NCBI GenBank assembly: GCA_016197285.1
Contig: JACPWD010000019.1
Location: forward strand, 37,992-101,991
Origin: Deltaproteobacteria bacterium
Lineage (GTDB): Bacteria; Desulfobacterota; Binatia; Bin18
Reading direction: 5' to 3'
Length of the DNA stretch: 64,000 nt
This document shows, piece after piece, positions 31,025-39,962 of the stretch (position 1 is the first letter of the stretch; the number at the start of each line of letters is the position of its first letter). Under the pieces are notes generated by a model, which searched no databases, was not told where the DNA came from, and saw only the letters and a program-made list of their open reading frames with translations. The translations under genes and the position numbers were made by a program.

Positions 31025-31483
31025 TTATTGCGCGGCGGATTGCGGCAGCCGTGCGACCAGCACCGGGCAGGAAGCATGACGGATAACGCGTTCGGCCACG
31101 CTCCCCAAGAACACATGCGCCAGTCCTGTTCGCCCATGCGAGCCCATCACGATCAGATCCGCATGAGCCTGCTCGGCGGCGGCACAAATCTCTCGCACCG
31201 CCTCTCCCATGACGACCTTCGTTTCGACGACCACTGGACTTGTTCCCTTCTTCGCGGCGGCGGCGTTGAGCTGTTTTTCTGCCTCGGCGAGTCCTTCTTG
31301 CTCCATGCGTGCCAGATCGACGACATACATGCTCTCGGGGTAGACGAGCGAGGACAGCATGGGCGCGGCGTGGAACAGGATGATTTTCGCATTCCAGCGC
31401 GACGCCAGCTCCAGCGCCCAGGTGAAGGCATACGCGGCGTGCTCGGAAAAATCGCTTGGCACTACAATCGTGGAAATGTTCAT
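31025..31483 (-). CDS. Universal stress protein (UspA family)
   Basis: MNISTIVVPSDFSEHA...IVMGSHGRTGLAHVFLGSVAERVIRHASCPVLV. Start chosen at MNIS (RBS AGGAGG). Confidence 0.85.
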   Translation of the reverse strand: MNISTIVVPSDFSEHAAYAFTWALELASRWNAKIILFHAAPMLSSLVYPESMYVVDLARMEQEGLAEAEKQLNAAAAKKGTSPVVVETKVVMGEAVREICAAAEQAHADLIVMGSHGRTGLAHVFLGSVAERVIRHASCPVLVARLPQSAAQ

Positions 31484-31508
31484 AGGGAATCCTCCTGACG
31501 GTTGAGTC

Positions 31509-31524
31509 AGCAAAGCGGGTGCCA
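31509..31524 (-). promoter_or_regulatory. Sigma-54 (-24/-12) promoter TGGCACccgctTTGCT upstream of the minus-strand usp gene
   Basis: The minus-strand sequence reads TGGCACCCGCTTTGCT, with GG and GC at consensus spacing, about 26 nt upstream of the ATG and RBS AGGAGG. Confidence 0.6.
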
Positions 31525-31698
31525 GCAGATCCGCCTCTTGTCCCCGTTTGGGTTGCCAAAGTTGCGAATCGCGGGGCTGGCTCTTCTCGTTTATGGGAAA
31601 TCTCCGTACACTCTTGTTTCTCTCGGGCTTTTTCTGCGGGTGTGGTTCTTGCTCGCTTCATGTGGAGATTTTCGAGTACTAGGGTATGTGGGGGAAGA

Positions 31699-32577
31699 AT
31701 GGCTGTTCCTGTGTCGCTTATGTCGTTGGATGCATTACTGCCCGCCGAGATCGCGAAACGCGCCGAGGAGGTTGGAGTCCAGAAGTGCAGTTTGCCGTTC
31801 TGGCCGCTTCTGACGTTGGCGGTCTTGGCTGGGGCATTCATTGCGCTTGGTGCGGCTTTCTCCACCACCGTCAGCGCCGGCACGGCTGGTGTGTTGCCAT
31901 TTGGTGTCACCCGTTTACTGGCTGGCGTGGTCTTTTGCCTTGGTCTCATTCTGGTGATTCTTGGCGGAGCCGAGCTGTTCACCGGCAATGCGTTGATCAG
32001 CCTGGCGTGGGCAAGCGGTCGGGTGACTTTTCGTCAGCTCCTCCGCAACTGGGGCATTGTCTATCTGGGGAACCTGCTGGGCGCGCTAGCGACCGCCCTG
32101 CTGATGTATGCCTCTGCCCAGTACACCTTTGGCAATGGCGCGGTTGGTCTCGTTGCCTTGGAGACTGCGCGGGCAAAAACGTCGCTGGGGTTTCTGCAAG
32201 CGGTCAGCCTCGGCGTCTTCTGCAACGCGCTGGTGTGCCTGGCCGTGTGGCTTTGTCTAGGGGCGCACAGCACGACAGATAAAATCCTGGCGCTTCTTTT
32301 TCCTATCAGCGCATTCGTGACCGTCGGATTCGAGCACAGCGTCGCCAACATGTATTTCATCCCTCTTGGGCTGTTCGTCAAAACCGACACCGCGTTTCTC
32401 GCCCTCATAGAGAAGAGTGCGCTGGACTACTCCACCCTCACGTGGACAGCGTTCGTGTGGACGAATCTGCTTCCGGTTTCCGTGGGTAATGTGATTGGCG
32501 GCGTCGGGCTGGTAGGGCTGGTGTATTGGTTCGTGTATCTCCAGCCGGAGGAAGCGCACAAGTCTACGACTCTTTGA
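31699..32577 (+). CDS. Formate/nitrite transporter (FNT) family channel
   Basis: FNT signatures GAELFTGN and GFEHSVANM. Six transmembrane helices. ATG at 31699 follows GGGGGAAG. Confidence 0.85.
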   Translation: MAVPVSLMSLDALLPAEIAKRAEEVGVQKCSLPFWPLLTLAVLAGAFIALGAAFSTTVSAGTAGVLPFGVTRLLAGVVFCLGLILVILGGAELFTGNALISLAWASGRVTFRQLLRNWGIVYLGNLLGALATALLMYASAQYTFGNGAVGLVALETARAKTSLGFLQAVSLGVFCNALVCLAVWLCLGAHSTTDKILALLFPISAFVTVGFEHSVANMYFIPLGLFVKTDTAFLALIEKSALDYSTLTWTAFVWTNLLPVSVGNVIGGVGLVGLVYWFVYLQPEEAHKSTTL

Positions 32578-32938
32578 CCGTGTTAGGTCCCGCCTGGCGA
32601 AAGAACGTGACCAAAATCGCCAGCTCGGGTTCGGCTTGCACGTTATGAATGACATGAGCGTCTACCGGCACGATGACCCCGGGCGTGAGGGGATACTCGC
32701 GCCCGGCGACTCGCAGGAGGCCGCTCCCGAGGAGGGCATGAATGGTGATGGGAAATTTCGCGGAATGATCGGCCAAGAGTGCGCTCGCGCGCAGACGAAT
32801 GACCACCAGTTTGCGCCATGTATCTTCCCAGACGGTTTCGACTTCGCGCGCTTTGCCGTCGCCGATCACTTGGGGAAGGACAATCGCTGCAACCACGTCG
32901 TTACTCCCTTCGCTCGATCTTCCTTCCCGTGCCCTCAT
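32564..32938 (-). CDS. Cupin-domain protein, co-transcribed downstream of hsp20
   Basis: Small beta-barrel protein with the cupin His pattern (...VDAHVIHNV...). Begins 1 bp after the hsp20 stop. Confidence 0.6.
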   Translation of the reverse strand: MRAREGRSSEGSNDVVAAIVLPQVIGDGKAREVETVWEDTWRKLVVIRLRASALLADHSAKFPITIHALLGSGLLRVAGREYPLTPGVIVPVDAHVIHNVQAEPELAILVTFFRQAGPNTVKES

Positions 32939-33406
32939 TTACTTCTGCACCTCAATCTGAACCTTTTTACTTTCGGCCGGTTGCGGTGCGGGCATGGTAA
33001 TCTCCAGCACGCCATTCTTGTAGTTGGCTTTCACCTTATCGCCGTCCATGCCTTCCGGCAGGGTGATGGTGCGAGAAAATTTGCCGTACTCCACCTCTCG
33101 GTAGACGTAGTTTTTCTCTTCTTTCTTCTCTTCCCGCTTGCGTTCTCCCTCGACGGTTAAGCGATTGCCGGAAATCGAGATCGATATATCCTTCGGGTCG
33201 ACGCCCGGCAAGTCCGCTTTGACGATGAGATTGCCATTCTCTGTGCGGCTCTCGATCGCCGGCGACCAGAGTTCACCGCCCCAGAGAGAACGGTCTTCTT
33301 CCCGATGCCCAAAGAAACGCCCGGAGAGACGGTCGAACATTTCCTCCATGTTCCGTTGCAACTTTTCCAGCTCTTGTCGTGGTTTCCACGGTGTGAGTGC
33401 TCCCAT
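32939..33406 (-). CDS. Hsp20/alpha-crystallin family small heat-shock protein
   Basis: Alpha-crystallin domain (SPAIESRTENGNLIVKADLPGVDPKDISISISGNRLTVEGER...YGKFSRTITLPEGMDGDKVKANYKNGVLEITMP). Confidence 0.9.
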   Translation of the reverse strand: MGALTPWKPRQELEKLQRNMEEMFDRLSGRFFGHREEDRSLWGGELWSPAIESRTENGNLIVKADLPGVDPKDISISISGNRLTVEGERKREEKKEEKNYVYREVEYGKFSRTITLPEGMDGDKVKANYKNGVLEITMPAPQPAESKKVQIEVQK

Positions 33407-33441
33407 AACGTACCTCCTTACGGTTTTTTCAAGAGGAACTC

Positions 33442-33457
33442 AGCAAGACACTTGCCA
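33442..33457 (-). promoter_or_regulatory. Sigma-54 (-24/-12) promoter TGGCAAgtgtcTTGCT upstream of the hsp20–cupin operon
   Basis: The minus-strand sequence reads TTGGCAAGTGTCTTGCTGAG, with GG/GC at exact consensus spacing, ~36 nt upstream of the ATG (RBS AAGGAGG). Confidence 0.55.
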
Positions 33458-33702
33458 AGAGAAGCCGTCCCGAACTCTGCGGATTTTTCTGGAAATTTAC
33501 AGTTATGGACAGGCGACGTTTTTCATCCTTGCGATTTTCGCTCGTTTGCCTTCTCATGTTTGCAAACCCCTGTGGTTTTTCGGCGGTAGTGGTCCATCAC
33601 AAACGCGACCTGCCCTCTGGCCCCGTCTTTGCGGATGACGAAAGAGGGAGAGAAAGCGTCGTACACCTGCCAAAGCAGAGACACGGACAAGAGGGGAAGC
33701 CT

Positions 33703-35034
33703 ATGACAATCGAACGCGTGCTTATCATGGGAGCAGCCGGAAGAGATTTTCACGTCTTTAACACGTACTTTCGTGACAACCCAGCGTATGAAGTCGTAGG
33801 TTTCACGGCAGCGCAGATTCCTGGGATTGCCGACCGGTCCTATCCTGCAGAGCTGAGTGGCGTTCGTTATCCACGCGGGCTTCCTATCTATCCTGAAGGA
33901 CAGATGGAGACCTTGCTGCGCTGTGAGCGCATTGACCAGGTCGTGTTCGCCTATAGCGATGTTGCGCACCTGACCGTCATGCACATGGCTTCTCGGGCAT
34001 TAGCCTGTGGCGCGGATTTTCGCCTGCTTGGCCCGGAGCACACCATGCTCTCCTCGTCGAAGCCGGTCGTGTCGGTTTGCGCCGTGCGTACTGGGTGTGG
34101 AAAGGGCATGGTGGTGCGTCGCCTAGTCTCACTGCTCCAAGCGCGTGGCCTGCGTCCTGTGGTGGTCCGGCATCCTATGCCCTACGGCGACCTTGCCCAA
34201 CAGGCAGTTCAACGTTTCGCCAGCCTGGCCGATTGCGATCGACAAGAATGCACGATCGAAGAACGTGAAGAATATGAACAGCATATTCGCGCTGGTGTCA
34301 TCGTGTATGCCGGAGCCGATTACGAACGCATTCTGCGTGCGGCGGAAAACGAGGCCGACATTATTCTTTGGGACGGTGGGAATAATGACTGGCCGTTCTT
34401 CCGTTCGGATATGGAAATTGTGGTGCTCGATCCACACCGCGCCGGGCATGAGCTACTCTACCACCCGGGGGAAACCAATCTGCGTCGTGCTCAGGTGCTG
34501 CTGCTCAATAAGCTGGACTCGGCACCCCCTGCCGGAGTATCTCGCGTCCTGGAGAATATCGCCCGCTTCAACCCCACGGCTACGGTGATTCAGGCGCGGT
34601 CAGCAGTTTCCGCAGAGCAACCGGAATCGATTCGTGGCAAGCGGGTGTTGGTAATCGAAGATGGGCCTACGCTCACCCATGGAGAAATGAGTCACGGAGC
34701 TGGGGTCATCGCCGCGCAGCGCTACGGTGCCGCTGCAATTATCGACCCTCGCCCTTACGCACGGGGTAGCCTTATTGAGACATTTACTCGTTGTCCGTGG
34801 ATTGGTCATGCCTTGCCGGCAATGGGCTATTCCTCTGCCCAGCTCACTGACCTTGCGGCAACCATCGCCGCAACTCCTTGTGACTTCATTTTGATCGCGA
34901 CACCGGTCGATTTAGTTCGTCTTATTTCTTTTGCGCGGCCCTCGTGCCGCGTGGGGTATGAATTAGAGGAAATCGGGCACCCGGACCTTGCTCAGGTCAT
35001 GACGCGGTTTCTTGACGAGCAGGTGCAGTCATGA
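33703..35034 (+). CDS. P-loop-type protein, possibly of the cyclic 2,3-diphosphoglycerate synthetase-like family
   Basis: 443 aa from the ATG at 33703 (RBS GAGAGGGGAAG). Rossmann-like N-terminus plus a P-loop-like VRTGCGKG. The family assignment is from memory and tentative. Translationally coupled to the carbamate kinase gene. Confidence 0.4.
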   Translation: MTIERVLIMGAAGRDFHVFNTYFRDNPAYEVVGFTAAQIPGIADRSYPAELSGVRYPRGLPIYPEGQMETLLRCERIDQVVFAYSDVAHLTVMHMASRALACGADFRLLGPEHTMLSSSKPVVSVCAVRTGCGKGMVVRRLVSLLQARGLRPVVVRHPMPYGDLAQQAVQRFASLADCDRQECTIEEREEYEQHIRAGVIVYAGADYERILRAAENEADIILWDGGNNDWPFFRSDMEIVVLDPHRAGHELLYHPGETNLRRAQVLLLNKLDSAPPAGVSRVLENIARFNPTATVIQARSAVSAEQPESIRGKRVLVIEDGPTLTHGEMSHGAGVIAAQRYGAAAIIDPRPYARGSLIETFTRCPWIGHALPAMGYSSAQLTDLAATIAATPCDFILIATPVDLVRLISFARPSCRVGYELEEIGHPDLAQVMTRFLDEQVQS

Positions 35035-35975
35035 CTCTCTCGAAGGAGCGGATCGTTATTGCTCTGGGAGGAAACGCCTTGCTGCGTAAAGGCGACCGCG
35101 GCACGGCGGCTGAACAGGCCGAGCGAAGTCTGGCCGCGATGAGTGCGATCGCTCTATTGTTGGTTCCAGAGCGGCAGGTGGTGATTACTCACGGTAATGG
35201 ACCGGTGGTGGGAAATATTCTTCTGCGTCAGCAGCGCGCGCGCGCAAGTGTGCCGCCTATGCCGTTAGACGTTTGCGGTGCCGAGTCGCAAGGAAGCATC
35301 GGCTACATGCTTGAACGCGCGCTCAGGCAAGTATTGTTGCAGCAGGGACGGCCGTGTTCGGTGGCGACACTTTTCACCCTGGTCGAGGTTGATCCTCAGG
35401 ACCCAGCGTTTACGCATCCGACGAAACCTATCGGACCATTTCTTTCCGAGGAAGAAGCGCGTGAGCTTGGCCGTTCTGCTGCTGTGGCGCGGGATGCCGA
35501 CCGGGGCTGGCGCCGTGTGGTGGCTTCCCCTGCGCCACAACATATTCTCGAAAGCACAGCAATCAATGCGCTGCTCGGAGCGGGGATTGTGGTGATTGCC
35601 TTGGGCGGTGGCGGCGTTCCGGTGATATGCGATGCCGAACAGCTGCTCAGCGGTGCCGAAGCCGTGGTGGACAAGGATTTTTCTTCGAGTCTTCTTGCCC
35701 GAGAAATCGCTGCCGACAGTCTCGCGATGCTGACGGATATCGACCACGTCTATCTCGATTTCCTCAGCCCACAGCAACGAGCAATCCGGCGGATGACGGC
35801 GGATGAAGCCTGGAGGCATCTCCAACAAGGAGAGTTTTTGCCGGGCAGCATGGCTCCGAAGATCGAAGCCGGTATCGACTTTTTACGTGGTGGCGGTCGT
35901 CGAGTGTTGATTGGCCTTCCTGAAGAACTGCACCTTTTGCTTCAGGGGGAAGCGGGAACCTTGATGACGCCATAA
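35031..35975 (+). CDS. arcC: Carbamate kinase
   Basis: IVIALGGNALL...VVITHGNGPVVG...VIALGGGGVPV, canonical carbamate kinase / amino-acid-kinase family motifs. ATGA overlap with the upstream gene. Confidence 0.85.
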   Translation: MTLSKERIVIALGGNALLRKGDRGTAAEQAERSLAAMSAIALLLVPERQVVITHGNGPVVGNILLRQQRARASVPPMPLDVCGAESQGSIGYMLERALRQVLLQQGRPCSVATLFTLVEVDPQDPAFTHPTKPIGPFLSEEEARELGRSAAVARDADRGWRRVVASPAPQHILESTAINALLGAGIVVIALGGGGVPVICDAEQLLSGAEAVVDKDFSSSLLAREIAADSLAMLTDIDHVYLDFLSPQQRAIRRMTADEAWRHLQQGEFLPGSMAPKIEAGIDFLRGGGRRVLIGLPEELHLLLQGEAGTLMTP

Positions 35976-36058
35976 GCGCCTATCCGAATAACTTTCAGGC
36001 CTGTGGTACCGCCGTGCATTGCCAATCCCCTGCTCAGCTACTCCTTCCTGCCAAGACT

Positions 36059-37165
36059 CTACTTCGCGCATGGCAGCACGACCTGGAACGTCGTCCCATG
36101 CCCCGGCTCGCTGGTGTAGCTCAACGTCCCCCCATGCGCGTGGACAAGCTGCTGTGCGACTGACAGTCCCAAGCCCGTTCCCTGCGCTTTGGTCGTGACG
36201 AACGGCTCGAACACGTTCACCCCAGCGGGAATGCCGACGCCGGTATCCGTGACCTCGATACTCACCTGTACTCCGTCGCAGCGCGCGCTGACAGTCAGGA
36301 CGCCACCCGCAGGCATCGCTTCCACCGCATTCTTGCACAGATTGAGCAGCACTTGTTTGAGCTTCTCGCCGTCGCCGAGCACGAGCGGGACTTGCGGTTC
36401 CGGCTCGTGTTGCACGGTCACGCCGCGCGCGGCGTAGTGTGACGCTTCCTGGGCCACGATCTCCTGGAGGAGACCGAGCACGTCGAGCGGTTGCCGGTTG
36501 ACGGCTTGCCGCCGCGACAATCCGCGAAACTCGTCGAGGAGATTGGAGAGATGGGTAATCTGGCTTTGCAATCCGCGTACGGATGCGTGGATTTTTTCGT
36601 CGAGGAGGTCGCGATGTTTGGTCAGCCGCCGCTCCAAGAGTTGCATGGCGATGGCCATGCTGTTGAGCGGGTTGCCGATCTCGTGGGCAAGTTTGGCCGC
36701 TGTCATGCCGATGGCCGCCATGCGCTCCCGGTCCACCAGGCGTTCTTGCAGGCGGACTTTCTCCGAAATGTCGCGAATGAAGGCGGCATAGCACACTTCG
36801 TTGTCGGTTCCGATTTCGGTGACGGATAGCTCCATGGGAAAGGACTCGCCGCTCTTCCGCCGTGCCGTGACGGTGCGGATACGACCGATGGCGTGCGGTT
36901 CGTGCGTCTGTTCGTAGCGGGCAATGTAGTCGTCATGTTCCGTCGCGTACGGTACGGGCATGAGCAGGTTGACTTTCTTACCTTGCACTTCGGCTTTGCT
37001 ATAGCCGAATATGCGTTCCGCCGCCGGGTTGAAGTGCACGATCTGTCCGTGGTGATCGATCGACACCACGGCATCTTGCGTGGCGTCGAGTAGGGCATCC
37101 GTCCAGTCTGCCGCGTGCTTTCGCGGGGCGCGGATGGGTTGCGGTCGGGGTTTCCGTTGAGCCAT
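36059..37165 (-). CDS. PAS-domain sensor histidine kinase
   Basis: PAS (ATQDAVVSIDHHGQIVHFNPAAERIFGY) plus HisKA (AHEIGNPLNSM) plus HATPase (DTGVGIP...GTGLGLSV). Confidence 0.85.
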   Translation of the reverse strand: MAQRKPRPQPIRAPRKHAADWTDALLDATQDAVVSIDHHGQIVHFNPAAERIFGYSKAEVQGKKVNLLMPVPYATEHDDYIARYEQTHEPHAIGRIRTVTARRKSGESFPMELSVTEIGTDNEVCYAAFIRDISEKVRLQERLVDRERMAAIGMTAAKLAHEIGNPLNSMAIAMQLLERRLTKHRDLLDEKIHASVRGLQSQITHLSNLLDEFRGLSRRQAVNRQPLDVLGLLQEIVAQEASHYAARGVTVQHEPEPQVPLVLGDGEKLKQVLLNLCKNAVEAMPAGGVLTVSARCDGVQVSIEVTDTGVGIPAGVNVFEPFVTTKAQGTGLGLSVAQQLVHAHGGTLSYTSEPGHGTTFQVVLPCAK

Positions 37166-37208
37166 GAGTGAGGTCTCATGAACGGCAGAAGGTCGGAGGA
37201 CTTGCCTC

Positions 37209-37574
37209 TTATCCTAAGACCTCTTGCACTGCGGCTAGCAGCTCTTTACGGGCAAAGGGCTTGGCCAGGGTGCGTGCGGCCCCAAATTCCTGCGCGACGG
37301 AGAGCAAATCGAGCTTGTTCATGTGCCCTCCGCCCGAGATGGCGATAATCTTGACTTTGGGCACGCACTTGCGCAACGCCAAAATCGTTTCGATGCCCTC
37401 TTTGCCCGGCATGACGATGTCCGTGATGATGAGGTCTACAGGATGCTTTCGATGGAGTTGGAGCCCTTCCGCTCCCTCCGGTGCCTCGACAACCTCATAC
37501 CCCGCCTTCTCTAGCATTTGTCGTAGCACGTCGCGCACCTGGGCCTCGTCGTCGATCACTAAAATGCGCACCAT
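37209..37574 (-). CDS. Single-domain CheY-like response regulator receiver
   Basis: [10 protein letters not shown]...LIITDIVMPGKEG...KIIAISG. RBS AGGAGG. The long upstream extension of the track ORF is spurious. Confidence 0.85.
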   Translation of the reverse strand: MVRILVIDDEAQVRDVLRQMLEKAGYEVVEAPEGAEGLQLHRKHPVDLIITDIVMPGKEGIETILALRKCVPKVKIIAISGGGHMNKLDLLSVAQEFGAARTLAKPFARKELLAAVQEVLG

Positions 37575-39934
37575 TACACAACCTCCTTGATCGCTCTTAA
37601 GATCGCGGTTTCGCGAGGGTCGGCTGTTGGCTTCAGAGGAAAATCCACGTAAAACGTGGTGCCGCAGTTTAGCTGGCTGTCTACCGTCACCGTTCCGCCA
37701 TGAGCGGTGACGACAGCATGGACGATCGCTAATCCTAAGCCGGTGCCTTCGCCTATCGGTTTGGTGGTGAAAAACGGGTCGAAAATTCGAGGAAGTATCT
37801 CTGGCTCGATCCCACGACCGGTGTCGCGAACGGAAAGCCTCAGGCTCGGGCCGGAAGACCTTGCGCTCGCCATGTGGCTGCCTGCGTTCTCTCCTTCGAT
37901 TCGTCGAAGTTCGACGGTCAGGGGGCCTGGCCTTTTGCCCATAGCCTGCGCGCCATTCATACCGAGGTTCAGGACCATCTGCTGTATTTGAGCTGGGTCC
38001 GCGAGAATAGTCTCGGTGGGGCAGGCGAGGTCCTGCTGCAACGTGACGGTTTTCGGCAGCGACGCATGAAGCAAGCTGAGGGTTTCTTCCACAATGGACT
38101 GGAGGCGTATCCATCGTTTTCCCCCTTGACTCGGACGACTAAAAGTCAAGAGCTGTTGCACCAAGTCTTGCGCACGTCGTCCGGCGTGGATGATTTCTAT
38201 CAGATTCCGATGCGCCGTACTTTTTTCGGGGAGGTCGTCTTCAATGAGTTCGCTGTAGCCCAACATTGCCGTGAGGATGTTGTTAAACCCATGCGCGACC
38301 CCGCCGGCCAGGAGGCCAAGGGCCTCCATCTTCTGTGCCTGAATGAGCTGTGCCTCCCAGTGGCGTCGTTCCTCTTCCACCTGTTTGCGCCCGGTTAAGT
38401 CGGAAATGATTAAGATGGCACCGATCATGGTGCTGTCGCGCCAGCGAGGAGAACTCGTAATCAGAACGGAAAGATAGTGACCATCCACATGCAGAACGCG
38501 GGTTTCATATGTTGATATCTCGCCCCGATGCCGCCGTGAGAATTCCTGTCTGATGAGCGCTTGGTCTTCCGGCGCTCCGAAGCTGAAGGACGACTTGCCG
38601 ATGACCTCTTCCGATCGATAGCCGAAGATTCGAGTCACAGCGGGGTTAATGTACTCGATGACACTCTCCGCATTGGTGACCACCAAGCCTTGTCCCATAG
38701 CGGTCATGACTTGGAGGGCGAAATCGCGCCCGGCCTGAAGCAGAGCTTCTGCCTGTTTGCGCTCGCTGATGTCGGTCATGACCCCGCAGAGGGTTGTGAC
38801 CCGTCCATTTTCCACGATCACATTGATTCGATCGTGCAGCCAGATGACGCGCCCATCGGACGTGAGCATGCGATAGTCGCAGCGATGACTGCGCTGTTGC
38901 TCGACTTCAGCACGGCAGAAACTCACTGTCCTCTCTCGATCCTCGGGGTGGATATGGTTACTCCAGAAGTCAGGTTCTGAAAGCCATTGCTCCACCGGAT
39001 AGCCCAGGAGCTGTTCCGCTTGGGGACTGACGAAGGTGAATTGAAAGGTGACGGCATCGGCTTCCCACACGATGCCGTCGATGGAATGGACGAGCGTTCG
39101 ATAGCGCTGCTGCGATTGTTGCACTGCTTCTTGCGCCGCCTTGCGTTCGCCGATGTCACGGACGATGCCCCAGAGCGCTTGTTTCTCTCCGTGAGCGTCC
39201 TTCATCATCCAGAGTTTCATGGCGACGGGCAGAAGAGTGCCGTCTTTTCTAATGAACTCTTTTTCGTATTCGTCGGAATAGCCACGCGGAAGCACTTGCG
39301 TGGCCACTATCTCGTCTTCAACGGCATGCCAACGCTCGGGGGTCAAGTCGTTGCAATGCCGTCCCTTGAGTTCTTGGAGAGAGTACCCCACCAGGTTTGC
39401 AAACGTTTGGTTACACTCGACGATACGATCGTCTTCTCCAGAACGTACGATTCCGTCAGCAATCGATTCGTACAGTCCGCGATATTTCTTTTCCGACTCC
39501 TGGAGCGCTGCTTCCGCCGCTTTCCGTTCGCTAATGTCGCGGTAGATCCCCTGGAAACCGATAAGGGTTCCGTCTTGTGCCTTGATGAAACGGGTGCGAC
39601 CTTCGACCCATATCGTGCTGCCATCCTTACGGAGGAACTCATGCTCGAAAGTTGAGGGAATCTTCTCTCCGTTGCGCAATTGCTGTTCCCGCTTCTGGGC
39701 CGAGGCAATGCCGGCAGGGGTAAGAACGGTGTGATCGCTTTTCCCAATCAGCTCCTTGCGGGACCAGCCGAGCAAGCGTTCCATCGAGCGATTGAGATGC
39801 ACGATAGTGTGGTCGAGCTTCACGATGGCAAGACCATCGTTGGCATTTTCAAAGAGGTTGCGATAGAAGTCGTCCCGCTCCATGCCCATCTCCGCGAGGA
39901 TCGAAGGTTGGCCGTTTTTTCGTTCGTCTTTCAT
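37574..39934 (-). CDS. Multi-PAS hybrid-type sensor histidine kinase
   Basis: At least four PAS/PAC repeats, then HisKA ([17 protein letters not shown]) and HATPase ([10 protein letters not shown]...[10 protein letters not shown]). Start at MKDERKNG (RBS AGGGAG). Confidence 0.85.
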   Translation of the reverse strand: MKDERKNGQPSILAEMGMERDDFYRNLFENANDGLAIVKLDHTIVHLNRSMERLLGWSRKELIGKSDHTVLTPAGIASAQKREQQLRNGEKIPSTFEHEFLRKDGSTIWVEGRTRFIKAQDGTLIGFQGIYRDISERKAAEAALQESEKKYRGLYESIADGIVRSGEDDRIVECNQTFANLVGYSLQELKGRHCNDLTPERWHAVEDEIVATQVLPRGYSDEYEKEFIRKDGTLLPVAMKLWMMKDAHGEKQALWGIVRDIGERKAAQEAVQQSQQRYRTLVHSIDGIVWEADAVTFQFTFVSPQAEQLLGYPVEQWLSEPDFWSNHIHPEDRERTVSFCRAEVEQQRSHRCDYRMLTSDGRVIWLHDRINVIVENGRVTTLCGVMTDISERKQAEALLQAGRDFALQVMTAMGQGLVVTNAESVIEYINPAVTRIFGYRSEEVIGKSSFSFGAPEDQALIRQEFSRRHRGEISTYETRVLHVDGHYLSVLITSSPRWRDSTMIGAILIISDLTGRKQVEEERRHWEAQLIQAQKMEALGLLAGGVAHGFNNILTAMLGYSELIEDDLPEKSTAHRNLIEIIHAGRRAQDLVQQLLTFSRPSQGGKRWIRLQSIVEETLSLLHASLPKTVTLQQDLACPTETILADPAQIQQMVLNLGMNGAQAMGKRPGPLTVELRRIEGENAGSHMASARSSGPSLRLSVRDTGRGIEPEILPRIFDPFFTTKPIGEGTGLGLAIVHAVVTAHGGTVTVDSQLNCGTTFYVDFPLKPTADPRETAILRAIKEVV

Positions 39935-39962
39935 TCTGCTCCCTCTTTGCCGAGCCCGCCGT

